From positions 1 to 31,975 of the IMG/VR virus record IMGVR_UViG_3300032295_001031: a stretch of DNA of 31,975 nucleotides. One strand, written 5' to 3'. The notes beneath the pieces are model-generated. The model saw nothing but the letters and a program-made list of their open reading frames with translations. It was not told where the DNA came from and ran no database searches. How positions within the stretch are numbered: position 1 is the first letter of the stretch; each line of letters begins with the position of its first letter. This document shows positions 1-9,108 of this stretch, one piece after another. A program made the position numbers and the translations under genes. Origin of the DNA: a virus. Its lineage: Duplodnaviria > Caudoviricetes.

Positions 1-1263
1 ATAACTGTTACTAATACTAATATAGGTATTAATAAAACTAATCCTACAGAAGCATTAGATGTGACTGGAAAAATTGTAGTTAGTGACGGATTAATAGTAA
101 CATCAACAACAAACGCAACTGACTTATTAACAGGTAGTATCAAAACTGTTGGCGGCGCAAGTGTAACTAAAAGTTTGTTTGTAGGACAGGGTATTGACGT
201 TACCGGAACAATTGACTCAAATAATATTATCCCTAAAACAGGTAGCGCATATGATTTGGGTAACTCTACAAAATCGTTTAACAGAATTTACGCTAACACT
301 GTGGGCAATATTGACAATTCAACACAGTTTGTAGGAACGTTTACCGGAAGTTTTGCTGGATCTGTTACTGGTACAGCGTCTAGATTAACAAGCCCTACAG
401 TGTTTAATATTACTGGGGATGTTGCTAGTACTAATGCTATTAGTTTTACGGGACAGCAGCCTAGCGGTGTTGCTACGTTTATTACAGAACTCAGTACAGA
501 TTTTATTAGTAATAAAACAACAGCCACTGATTCGTTAGCATCTGATCAAATTCTTATTAATAGACCCAGTGTTGGGTTAAGAAAAATAACAAAAACTACA
601 TTTTTAGCACAGGTCGCTACAGTTCCTACAGCCGCAATATTTCCATTTGCGGGCCCAGAAACTGCAGTGCCAAATGGATATTTGTTGTGCGATGGCGCTG
701 AAGTATTAATTAGTGATTATCCAGAATTGTATGCCGTTATTAACTATACTTATAAAGCAGTAGGTAATCTAGTAGGAGTTGCTACTTTTGGTCTACCTGA
801 CTTGAGGGGTAGGTTTCCGTTAGGTGCTGATAACATGAATAATGGAATAGAAGTTCCATTATTACCAACCGGCGCAACTTCAGGGCCAACTACTGTAGAC
901 GTAGATGATAACTCTAGTTTAACTGCAAATCGAGTAACTGATGTTACAGCTGATACAATTGGCGAAGGCAACGGTGTTGAAGAACGTGCTATTGCTACTA
1001 GTAATCTTCCAGAACATCAACACGATATGAAAGGTACTGCTGGTACACAGTTCTATGCTATTAGAGATAACACAAGTTCTGAAATTATTGCCGACATTGA
1101 TGCAGTAGACCATACAACAAATGGCGGAAGCATTAGTGGCAACGCAAAATTTTTACCTAACAGTGGCGGAATTTTAGGAGCAACATCAACTGATGTACCA
1201 TTAAATGTAATGAACCCATATCTAACAATTAACTATATTATTTTTACTGGTAGGATTCTATAA
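1..1263 (+). CDS. Tail fibre protein with C-terminal phage tail-collar domain (5'-truncated by window edge)
   Basis: Frame 1 is open from base 1 (ITVTNTNIGINKTNPTEALDVTG...), so the track's GTG at 61 is internal. The C-terminal part has the tail-collar signature VPTAAIFPFAG..VPNGYLLCDG....YPELYAVI...TFGLPDLRGRFPLG, plus LPEHQH and MNPYLTINYIIFTG. The sequence is Thr/Ser/Gly rich. Confidence 0.88.
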   Translation: MTVTNTNIGINKTNPTEALDVTGKIVVSDGLIVTSTTNATDLLTGSIKTVGGASVTKSLFVGQGIDVTGTIDSNNIIPKTGSAYDLGNSTKSFNRIYANTVGNIDNSTQFVGTFTGSFAGSVTGTASRLTSPTVFNITGDVASTNAISFTGQQPSGVATFITELSTDFISNKTTATDSLASDQILINRPSVGLRKITKTTFLAQVATVPTAAIFPFAGPETAVPNGYLLCDGAEVLISDYPELYAVINYTYKAVGNLVGVATFGLPDLRGRFPLGADNMNNGIEVPLLPTGATSGPTTVDVDDNSSLTANRVTDVTADTIGEGNGVEERAIATSNLPEHQHDMKGTAGTQFYAIRDNTSSEIIADIDAVDHTTNGGSISGNAKFLPNSGGILGATSTDVPLNVMNPYLTINYIIFTGRIL

Positions 1264-3101
1264 TGGCATATAAAATAAACAAAACTGACGGTTCTTTATT
1301 AACTGAAATTGTAGATAGTACTGTTGACCAAACGGCCACTGACCTTACATTGATAGGTAAAAATGTATCTGGATTCGGCGAATTTATTAATGAAAATTTT
1401 ATAAAGTTACTAGAAAACTTTGCAGCCACTAGTTCCCCAAACAATCCCATTGCAGGTCAATTATGGTATGACACTAGTCAAAACAGATTAAAAGTTTATG
1501 ATGGTGCAGGGTTTAGACAAGGAAGCGGCCCCATAGTATCAGGAGCAGTACCATCTAACCTAGTGCAAGGAGATCTATGGATTGACAGTTCAGAAAATCA
1601 ATTGTATTTTTATGACGGAACTGATAGAGTATTAGCAGGTCCAATATACAAAGCAAGCCAGGATATTTCCGGATTCGAAGTCGAAACAATTATTGATTCT
1701 AATAACTCAGAAAAAACTATATTAAATCTATGGGTTAATGGTATATTATTAGGAATATTCAGTAGGAACACTATAGAATTTACACCTAAAGCTACAATTA
1801 CTAATTTTTCAGGAACAATTAAACCAGGATTTAATGCAAGTACACTTGCGGGAATGAAATTTAATGTAACTTCTAGTAAAGCTGATGCACTAGTTGACAC
1901 TCTAGGAAATCTATATACTTCTAATAGTTTTATGAGTACAACCGCTAATGCTACTACAACTGGACAAATTAGAATTCAAAACTCAACACCGTTAATTCTA
2001 GGTGCTAATCAGAACTATGAAGTGACAGCTACTACAACTGCACTGGCAATAACTAGCAATAACGCTGGACAAAATTATCAAATTAAAATTAAAAATGCCA
2101 GCGGAACAAGAGATGCAATCACAGTAAGAGCAACTACTGAACGTGTTGGTATCTTTAATGATAATCCTGCATACACGTTTGATATAAATGGAGATGCAAG
2201 AATTACAGGTAATCTCACAGTTGAAGGGGTAACTTCTAGTATCGAAAGTACTAACTTAGTTATTGAAGACAAGAACATTGTTATAGCAAATGTTGCTGCT
2301 CCTACAGATTTTACAGCCGACGGCGGTGGAATAACTATTAAGGGATCTACTGATAAAACAATTGTATATAATCAGTCTAATAATAGACTTAATATTTCTG
2401 AATCTATTAATCTTGCATTAGGTAAAACATTACAAATTAATGGAGTTACGGTTATTTCGGGTAGTGCATTAGGCAGCGGAATTACCAGTGCTCCTGGAAT
2501 TACAGCGTTTGGCGCACAAACAGAAATAACAGTTGATAACTTATACTTAAATTCTAACAGAATACAATCAACTAACAACAATGGTGATATTGAAATAGAA
2601 CCAAACGGCACAGGAAACGTTGTTTTAGTAGGAAGCCCTAAGATTACCGGACTTGCTACACCTACTACTGGGACTGACGCAGCCAATAAAACCTATGTTG
2701 ATAATACTGTAAATGCAAAAGCTCTTGCACTTAGTATGGATGTAACGGGGTTAAATGATATTCAAATATCAAACTATCTACAAGAAATTGCCCCAGTTGC
2801 TAATTATGTTTTAGGCACACAGGCTAGAATACATTGTACGCGACAAATAGCTACCTATGCATCAACAGCGTTAACCGCTAGTACATATCCTAGTACTAGC
2901 GGAGCTATTGTTAAGACTTATGTGGCAGTTAACAAAGCAGCCGGTTCAGAAAATCAGCCAGTTTTAGAAGATATTGCAGTCACTTTAAATCTAGGAAATT
3001 CAACAATTACAGTTGAAAGAACTACAAAACTATTTGAAATTAATCTTATTACGGGCGTATGGACATATGTCTCAACTATTAGCGGCCCGACAATAACATG
3101 A
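1263..3101 (+). CDS. Tail fibre / baseplate-associated virion protein (612 aa)
   Basis: TAATG coupling to the upstream gene. The N-terminal module (LIGKN..GFGE..NENF..LLENF..P..PI.GQLWYD) is shared with 3143-4594. It has repeated G(Q/D)LW.D motifs, fibre-type segments (RVGIFNDNPAYTFDING; ITGLATPTTGTDAANKTYVD) and T/S/N-rich composition. Confidence 0.8.
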   Translation: MAYKINKTDGSLLTEIVDSTVDQTATDLTLIGKNVSGFGEFINENFIKLLENFAATSSPNNPIAGQLWYDTSQNRLKVYDGAGFRQGSGPIVSGAVPSNLVQGDLWIDSSENQLYFYDGTDRVLAGPIYKASQDISGFEVETIIDSNNSEKTILNLWVNGILLGIFSRNTIEFTPKATITNFSGTIKPGFNASTLAGMKFNVTSSKADALVDTLGNLYTSNSFMSTTANATTTGQIRIQNSTPLILGANQNYEVTATTTALAITSNNAGQNYQIKIKNASGTRDAITVRATTERVGIFNDNPAYTFDINGDARITGNLTVEGVTSSIESTNLVIEDKNIVIANVAAPTDFTADGGGITIKGSTDKTIVYNQSNNRLNISESINLALGKTLQINGVTVISGSALGSGITSAPGITAFGAQTEITVDNLYLNSNRIQSTNNNGDIEIEPNGTGNVVLVGSPKITGLATPTTGTDAANKTYVDNTVNAKALALSMDVTGLNDIQISNYLQEIAPVANYVLGTQARIHCTRQIATYASTALTASTYPSTSGAIVKTYVAVNKAAGSENQPVLEDIAVTLNLGNSTITVERTTKLFEINLITGVWTYVSTISGPTIT

Positions 3102-3111
3102 TTATAATACA

Positions 3112-3119
3112 GCTAAATA
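3112..3119 (+). promoter_or_regulatory. Late-promoter-like motif GCTAAATA
   Basis: TAAATA core in the 41-nt gap before the tail-fibre gene at 3143. Confidence 0.5.
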
Positions 3120-3142
3120 CAACGAGTTAAGGGGTTGCTTGC

Positions 3143-4594
3143 ATGCCATACAGCATTAATAGATATAATAATACGTTACTAACCGTTGTCGAAGACGGGA
3201 CCATTGATAGTACGCTCGATATTAAACTTATCGGTAAGAACTACGCTGGTTACGGAGAAGTACAAAATGAAAATTTTGTAAACTTACTGGAAAATTTTTC
3301 AGGCACCACAGAGCCTCCTCGCCCTATAAGCGGTCAAATTTGGTTTGACAGCAATCTTAACAAATTAAAATTCCGTGATAAAAACAATGCCTGGAGAACA
3401 ACAGGTGGCGCCGAAGTTGGAGCAACTGAGCCTACGACAGCATTGTCTACTGGTGATTTTTGGTTTAAAACAAGCACAGATCAACTGTATGCATGGAATG
3501 GATCTGAATATGTACTAATAGGTCCAGAGGCAGCATTAGGTCAAGGAACTACACTTTTACGTTCTAGAACAGTATCGGATACTATTGGCGGTACCCATGC
3601 TGTTATTGAATCTATTGTAGATGATGCCACTGTTTATGTTATTTCGTCTGATGAATTTACATTAGATGGAACATTAAATCCTATAACCGGATTTAGTGTG
3701 ATTAAGAAAGGACTAACCCTTGTAAACACTGGAACAAACGGAGTAACAACATCCGATCACAGATATTGGGGCACTGCAAGTAACTCTTTAAAGTTTAATG
3801 GATTAACTGATGCAGATTTTGTCAAAACTGTTGATTATGGGGGTTTTACTGATATAGGATTTACTTTAGGAGACAGTGATGATCTAGCAGTATTCATCGA
3901 TGTTGACGGAGTAACGCCAATTATTAGAAATACTCTTAATAATACAATTAAATTTCAAACAACAAGCGCAGGTGTAAAGACTCCGTTAACACTAGTGGCA
4001 AATGATATTTTACCAGGAACAACTGCTGTTTCTAACATTGGGTCAAGTTCGTACAAATATGCAACAGTATATGCAGCATCGTTTGACGGAGTAGCAACTC
4101 AATCAACAACATTGTTTTTTAACGGCGGCTATCGATCAGCAGTTGGCGCTGCAAGTACAGCTAATTCAATAGTTGCTCGCGATTCTAGTGGCGATGTGTA
4201 CGCAAACTTATTTCAAGGTACTGCTACAGCAGCTAGATTTGCTGACTTGGCAGAAAAATATCTTGCAGATGCTGAGTATGATGTAGGCACAGTTGTTGCA
4301 GTCGGCGGTGACAAAGAAGTTACTGCTGCAAAATACGGTGATCGTGCATTAGGCGCAGTCAGTGCTAATCCAGCGTTTATGATGAACAAAGATTTAGAAG
4401 GTGGAACATACGTAGCATTAAAAGGTCGTGTGCCTGTTAAAGTGCAAGGTGCAATTCGTAAAGGCCAACGTCTAGTAGCAGCTAACAACGGTACAGCAGT
4501 AGCCGCAGTTCCACATGCAAATGATGTATTTGCCATAGCTTTAGAATCGAGTGACAACACTGGCGTCAAATTAATTGAAGCAGTAATACTATAA
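3143..4594 (+). CDS. Tail fibre protein with putative C-terminal intramolecular chaperone / autocleavage (peptidase G2-like) domain
   Basis: The N-terminal module is paralogous to 1263-3101. The C-terminus ADLAEKY...GTVVAVGG...GAVS.NPA..MN...VALKGRVPVKV.G.IRKGQRLV resembles the AD(Y/L)AE-type chaperone domains of phage appendages. RBS AAGGGG lies upstream. Confidence 0.78.
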   Translation: MPYSINRYNNTLLTVVEDGTIDSTLDIKLIGKNYAGYGEVQNENFVNLLENFSGTTEPPRPISGQIWFDSNLNKLKFRDKNNAWRTTGGAEVGATEPTTALSTGDFWFKTSTDQLYAWNGSEYVLIGPEAALGQGTTLLRSRTVSDTIGGTHAVIESIVDDATVYVISSDEFTLDGTLNPITGFSVIKKGLTLVNTGTNGVTTSDHRYWGTASNSLKFNGLTDADFVKTVDYGGFTDIGFTLGDSDDLAVFIDVDGVTPIIRNTLNNTIKFQTTSAGVKTPLTLVANDILPGTTAVSNIGSSSYKYATVYAASFDGVATQSTTLFFNGGYRSAVGAASTANSIVARDSSGDVYANLFQGTATAARFADLAEKYLADAEYDVGTVVAVGGDKEVTAAKYGDRALGAVSANPAFMMNKDLEGGTYVALKGRVPVKVQGAIRKGQRLVAANNGTAVAAVPHANDVFAIALESSDNTGVKLIEAVIL

Positions 4595-4604
4595 GGGATA
4601 GAAA

Positions 4605-5573
4605 ATGGCAGCAGGTGTTGGACAATTAATACAAGTTAATGACTTTAACTCTATTAGAACTAAAATTAACAATGTTATAGGAACAGGAACCGATGGCTAC
4701 GGCCAAGCATTATCTAGTATTGATGCTACTTCTGGTTCTACACAAACTGCAACATTTTGGAATAATTTAAGAATAGATATTGCTAAATGTCGTGGACACC
4801 AAACTGGCAGTAACGAATTGTTAAACTTATCAGAACCTGTTAGCACAACTCCCGGTGCTGGACAAGTACAAGTTATATCAGAAGCAGTTAGATCTCAATA
4901 CGATACAATGGCAGATGCTTGTGTCACTAATAAAAGAGTCTGTGCTGCCGGCCAAGGTTCTGCAGAATCTATCACCAACGGAGTCGGCACTAGATCAACT
5001 AACTGGAAAGTAAAAATAACTCATTCAGTAACTACTGCGTTTACGTCCTCATTAGCAGCCCGATATTTCTTTAATGCAGGCGGCCAAATAAGATTCAGCG
5101 CAAGTAGAGTAGGCACTGCGGCAACTACTAAAGACACCAATTGGACTAATCTGTTAGAGCAGCAAGGTACTGTATTCATGGACTACACCGGAACAGGCCA
5201 AGCAATTGCTGCTACTCCCACTAACTCATTTGGTACTTCAACTAGTATAGGATTTTTTGATCTAACAACTTCGGATCAACAAATTTATATTAAAAATGCT
5301 ACCGCTGGTACGTATGCTGAAAATAATTATCGAGTATTAGCTAGACTTAATACAGCATTTGGATCCGGAACAGAACCTACATCTATTATATTCACAATAG
5401 AATTTAATGATGCAGATACCGGTGATCAACAAGGAGGCTATTTGCCCGGCCCTGCAGTTGACGAAAACGTCACAGGTACACTAACTAGCACAGTATCTAT
5501 GTTTAGACCATCTGGCGCAAACGTATCTGTTACTGGCCCAACTATTGCTTCCCCAACCTTCAGCGGCTCATAA
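4605..5573 (+). CDS. Putative virion structural protein, Ser/Thr/Gly/Ala-rich (322 aa)
   Basis: Co-oriented after the fibre genes with RBS AAGGGA. Composition is typical of tail proteins, with the motif ARYFFNAGGQIRFS. No enzyme motifs seen. Confidence 0.65.
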   Translation: MAAGVGQLIQVNDFNSIRTKINNVIGTGTDGYGQALSSIDATSGSTQTATFWNNLRIDIAKCRGHQTGSNELLNLSEPVSTTPGAGQVQVISEAVRSQYDTMADACVTNKRVCAAGQGSAESITNGVGTRSTNWKVKITHSVTTAFTSSLAARYFFNAGGQIRFSASRVGTAATTKDTNWTNLLEQQGTVFMDYTGTGQAIAATPTNSFGTSTSIGFFDLTTSDQQIYIKNATAGTYAENNYRVLARLNTAFGSGTEPTSIIFTIEFNDADTGDQQGGYLPGPAVDENVTGTLTSTVSMFRPSGANVSVTGPTIASPTFSGS

Positions 5574-5586
5574 ATTTCCTAGCTCA

Positions 5587-5635
5587 GTAGATCGTTGCAT
5601 AATTACAGTATAGATTGTAATTATGGAGTATCTAC
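5587..5635 (+). promoter_or_regulatory. Hairpin enclosing the RBS of gene 5636, with late-promoter-like CATAATTA in its 5' arm
   Basis: CATAATTACA (5598-5607) pairs with TGTAATTATG (5616-5625). Outer GTAGAT (5587-5592) pairs with ATCTAC (5630-5635). GGAG is at 5625-5628 and ATG at 5636. Confidence 0.6.
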
Positions 5636-5980
5636 ATGAACGAGCAAGTTACTAAGGCCTTTGATATAGCCAACCTAATGGTTACTATGGCTAATCAAAA
5701 ACGGATCTTAAAAGAAGAATTTGAACAAACACTGTTTTATTTTCATAACGGTGGTACGTTTCAAGCTACCCCTGCGCTAATTGCATATGTTCAAAGTCTA
5801 AAATTATTAGAGTTAGAAGAAACTGTAATAGTTGATAATAATGGAATTCCGATACTTGTAAAAAGTCTTTCTAATTTTTTAGAACAACTGTTAGATTGTC
5901 ATGTACGAGCTAACAATTTGTATTTCACAAAATATGAAGATTTAAAAAAATCTAGATCTGTAGAAAGTATCCTAGCATAA
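5636..5980 (+). CDS. Hypothetical protein (114 aa), first gene of the enzyme cluster
   Basis: ATG with GGAG RBS at 5625-5628; TAATG coupling to the next gene. Confidence 0.75.
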   Translation: MNEQVTKAFDIANLMVTMANQKRILKEEFEQTLFYFHNGGTFQATPALIAYVQSLKLLELEETVIVDNNGIPILVKSLSNFLEQLLDCHVRANNLYFTKYEDLKKSRSVESILA

Positions 5981-6804
5981 TGACACAGGGAGTTTTAATT
6001 TTTGCATTTAACAGCGAGTTCAATTATCAAGAACTTGCATTAGCAGCAGCCAAACGAGTAAAAGAACACTTACAGTTACCAGTTAGTATTGTAACTGATG
6101 CAATAACCCCGTTACCAGAAATATTTACATCTGTATTTGATAAGATAATTTTTTCCGAAGATACTTCTACACAAACTAAAACTTTCTTTGACGGCGCCAC
6201 AGTATCAAATGTTTACGTTTGGAAAAATGCAAATCGATATCAAAGTTATGATCTAACTCCTTACGACGAAACCCTAGTAATTGACGCAGATTACTTAGTT
6301 AACGGTAATTTTTTATTAAATTGTTTTAAGTTAGAAAAAGATTTTTTAATTTACAAAAATTCCTATGATTTAACAGGATGGAGAGAAGCTAACGAGTTCA
6401 AATATGTAAATCAACATTCTATACCATTTTACTGGGCAACAGTGCTGTACTTTAAAAAAACAACAAAGACTCGTGTGCTGTTTGACCTAGTTGATTTTAT
6501 AAGACAAAACTGGAACTACTATAGATTAATCTATCAAATTCCTGAAAAGAAATTTAGAAACGATTATGCATTTAGTATTTCTTTACATATTTTAAATGGT
6601 TATATTACCGATAATGTTGACACAATTCCCGGAAAAATGTATTATGTTACAGATAAGGACGTTCTAATTGCCGCAACACCTACATCCTGCACGTTGTTAG
6701 TTGAAAAAGAACATGCAATGGGTGAATATACTGCTTTGAAAATTTCCGATGTTGATGTGCATGTAATGAACAAGCACAGTATTTTAAGGGTGTTAAATGA
6801 CTAA
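5980..6804 (+). CDS. Putative GT-A fold glycosyltransferase (pair 1, copy A)
   Basis: N-terminal GVLIFAFNS strand and a DxD motif after a hydrophobic strand (TPYDETLVIDADYL); also FRNDYAFS and HVMNK. Clearly paralogous to 6797-7633. Confidence 0.65.
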   Translation: MTQGVLIFAFNSEFNYQELALAAAKRVKEHLQLPVSIVTDAITPLPEIFTSVFDKIIFSEDTSTQTKTFFDGATVSNVYVWKNANRYQSYDLTPYDETLVIDADYLVNGNFLLNCFKLEKDFLIYKNSYDLTGWREANEFKYVNQHSIPFYWATVLYFKKTTKTRVLFDLVDFIRQNWNYYRLIYQIPEKKFRNDYAFSISLHILNGYITDNVDTIPGKMYYVTDKDVLIAATPTSCTLLVEKEHAMGEYTALKISDVDVHVMNKHSILRVLND

Positions 6805-7633
6805 AGGGCATTTAATTTTTGCACAAAATTCCGACATTGATTATGTTAGACAAGCCTATGCATTGGCATTGTCAATTAAACAACATAATAAAATAAACAG
6901 CGTTTGTTTAATGACAAATGATGCTGTTCCCTTTGAATATACAACAGCATTTGACCACGTAGTTTCAATCCCATGGGGAGATGCAGCTGAAAAATCTGAA
7001 TGGAAAATTGAAAATAGATGGAAGATAATTTATGCCACTCCGTATAATGAAACCCTAGTCTATGATTCAGACATGCTACTGTGTTCTTCTAATGACCATT
7101 GGTGGGACTATCTAGAAAATAAAAATGTTGCCTTAACCGGAAATGTACAAACATACAAAGGTGAAACTGTAACTAATAATTTTTATAGGAAATCATTTGT
7201 TGAAAATAATTTACCAGATCTATATTTTGGAATACATTACATTAAAAAAAATAAAAGATCCTATGAATTTTACAAATGGCTAGAAATTATTGTAAAAAAC
7301 TGGAAACAATACTACAGCATTTATACTCCTAATAATCCTCAGAAGTTTTGTAGTATGGATGTGTCGTCTGCTATTGCGGCAATAATATTAGATGCCAAAG
7401 AAGAATTCGGCACAGGTAATCCTTTAACTTTTACGCATATGAAGCCAGCAATACAAAACTGGCATGATATTCCGGATACATGGCAATCAGCAACTACTGT
7501 GCAGTTTACTGAACATACTGATCTTAAAATATCAAATTTTTTACAAACAGGTGTTTTTCATTATACTGAAAATGATTTTCTTACTGATGATATTATAAAA
7601 AAATTAGAGGCTGCATATGAATCAAGGAATTGA
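6797..7633 (+). CDS. Putative GT-A fold glycosyltransferase (pair 1, copy B)
   Basis: GHLIFAQNS...FDHVV...TPYNETLVYDSDML (DxD), FTHMKP and FHY. Paralogous to 5980-6804; overlaps the upstream gene by 8 nt. Confidence 0.65.
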   Translation: MTKGHLIFAQNSDIDYVRQAYALALSIKQHNKINSVCLMTNDAVPFEYTTAFDHVVSIPWGDAAEKSEWKIENRWKIIYATPYNETLVYDSDMLLCSSNDHWWDYLENKNVALTGNVQTYKGETVTNNFYRKSFVENNLPDLYFGIHYIKKNKRSYEFYKWLEIIVKNWKQYYSIYTPNNPQKFCSMDVSSAIAAIILDAKEEFGTGNPLTFTHMKPAIQNWHDIPDTWQSATTVQFTEHTDLKISNFLQTGVFHYTENDFLTDDIIKKLEAAYESRN

Positions 7634-8189
7634 AGGCATTGATTTTATAAGCGAAGAAGACCGCTTGCGTACACATAAAATGTTTTCTGCGCCCAATATG
7701 TTTTATGTATATTACGACGATGACAATAACATATATTCAATCACAAATGAAAAAAAAGATTCTGGAAACTTTGTTGAGACTACTGAAGCATTAGTTAAAG
7801 ATTTTCTCGAAGGTAAAAAAGATTATAAAAATTTTAAAATTAACGGCAGCAGAAATAAACAATTTATTGAAAACACTGTGTATGTTAAATCTGTTTACAA
7901 AGATTTTTCTGTAATAACACCTTGTGAGACTTCTCCTGAGTTAGCAGTATCTATTAAAGACAATAAAATAATTTTTAAAATTAATCTTGACATTACAGGA
8001 TATAGTGGAAATTTACAATTTTTTATTGTTGATAAAAACGATTATAATTGGCTATTTGAAACACTTGACGTAAATTTAGAAGATATTCAACTGCACGGAA
8101 GTGTTGAAAAACTTTTAAATTACAACTTTGAAAATATTGCCATACTTACTAAGAATTTTTTTAATTCTTATGGAATAGTAAATGACTAA
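7617..8189 (+). CDS. Hypothetical protein (190 aa)
   Basis: ORF overlaps both neighbours and fills the space between the two GT-like pairs; no recognisable motif. Confidence 0.7.
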   Translation: MNQGIEGIDFISEEDRLRTHKMFSAPNMFYVYYDDDNNIYSITNEKKDSGNFVETTEALVKDFLEGKKDYKNFKINGSRNKQFIENTVYVKSVYKDFSVITPCETSPELAVSIKDNKIIFKINLDITGYSGNLQFFIVDKNDYNWLFETLDVNLEDIQLHGSVEKLLNYNFENIAILTKNFFNSYGIVND

Positions 8190-9108
8190 AAAAATTAAAT
8201 TAATAGACTATGATGTTGTTTATCTAAGTTACGATGAACCTAATGCAGAAAAAAACTATGCTGATCTATTGACAAAAATACCTTGGGCTAAACGAGTTCA
8301 TGGAGTAGATGGCAGCGACAGCGCACACAAGGCCTGTGCAAGACTTGCAGAAACAGAACGTGTTACTATTATTGATGGCGACAATATTATTAAACCTGAA
8401 TTAATTCAACAGACAATTGAATTTATTGATGATGCAGATTTATCTAAATCTGTTCTATCATATGCAGCAGAAAACATTATTAATGGACTACAATACGGTA
8501 ATGGCGGAATTAAAAATTGGGATAGAGAATTAATTCTAAATATGAAAACTCATGAAAACGCTGATCCATCTAATGATAAAACTCAAGTAGATTTTTGTTG
8601 GGATATAAACTATCTACAGTTAAAAAGTTGCATGAGTTATGTGCATAATAACGCCACCCCTCATCAAGCATGGCGAGCAGGATTCCGCGAGGGCGTAAAA
8701 ATGAGCCTACTTGAAGGCAGCAAACCTACAAAAGATCGACCATTTGACAAACAAGTGCATTGGAAAAACTATCATAGACTGGTAACATGGATGAATGTTG
8801 GTGCAGATGTTAACCACGGTATATGGGCCATGTACGGTGCTAGATTAGGCTGCTGGATGACAAATCTTAAAGACAGTTGGGACCATACTAATGTTCGAGA
8901 CTTTAAGTATCTTAACAGCCTATGGAACGAAATTGAGACAAACGCAGATTTTGATTTGTCTCAAGAAATGCTAGATTTAGGAACACAGTTAAGGGATCAG
9001 TTAGGCATACTTACAGGTCCTAGCATTTTAGATCCAGATCAAAGCAAATTTTTTAAAGCACTATATACTAATCCTCCTCGAATGAAAAATAATTGGGTCA
9101 TAGAGTAA
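8182..9108 (+). CDS. Putative glycosyltransferase-like protein (pair 2, copy A)
   Basis: YDVVYLSYDEPNA...AKRVHGV.G...AH..CA...VTIIDGDN (DxD)...YGNGGIK...AWRAGFRE; layout resembles the GT2 nucleotide-binding half. Paralogous to 9108-9782. Confidence 0.6.
   Translation: MTKKIKLIDYDVVYLSYDEPNAEKNYADLLTKIPWAKRVHGVDGSDSAHKACARLAETERVTIIDGDNIIKPELIQQTIEFIDDADLSKSVLSYAAENIINGLQYGNGGIKNWDRELILNMKTHENADPSNDKTQVDFCWDINYLQLKSCMSYVHNNATPHQAWRAGFREGVKMSLLEGSKPTKDRPFDKQVHWKNYHRLVTWMNVGADVNHGIWAMYGARLGCWMTNLKDSWDHTNVRDFKYLNSLWNEIETNADFDLSQEMLDLGTQLRDQLGILTGPSILDPDQSKFFKALYTNPPRMKNNWVIE

Noticed and set aside
61-63. Track start codon GTG at 61 (and likewise ATG at 31967 for queE)
   Set aside because: Both frames stay open to the window edge with family-typical sequence, so the true starts lie outside the window.
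3120-3146. Possible RBS-occluding hairpin before gene 3143 (CAAC/GTTG)
   Set aside because: Only about 4 bp of pairing, too weak to support.
288-4569. Several 60-120 aa minus-strand ORFs within the tail genes
   Set aside because: Antisense shadows of Thr/Ala/Gly-rich coding sequence; no independent support.
1972-5366. Restriction-site avoidance as evidence about DNA modification
   Set aside because: Sites such as GAATTC (1972) and GGATCC (5361) are present, and nothing can be concluded without an observed/expected k-mer calculation.
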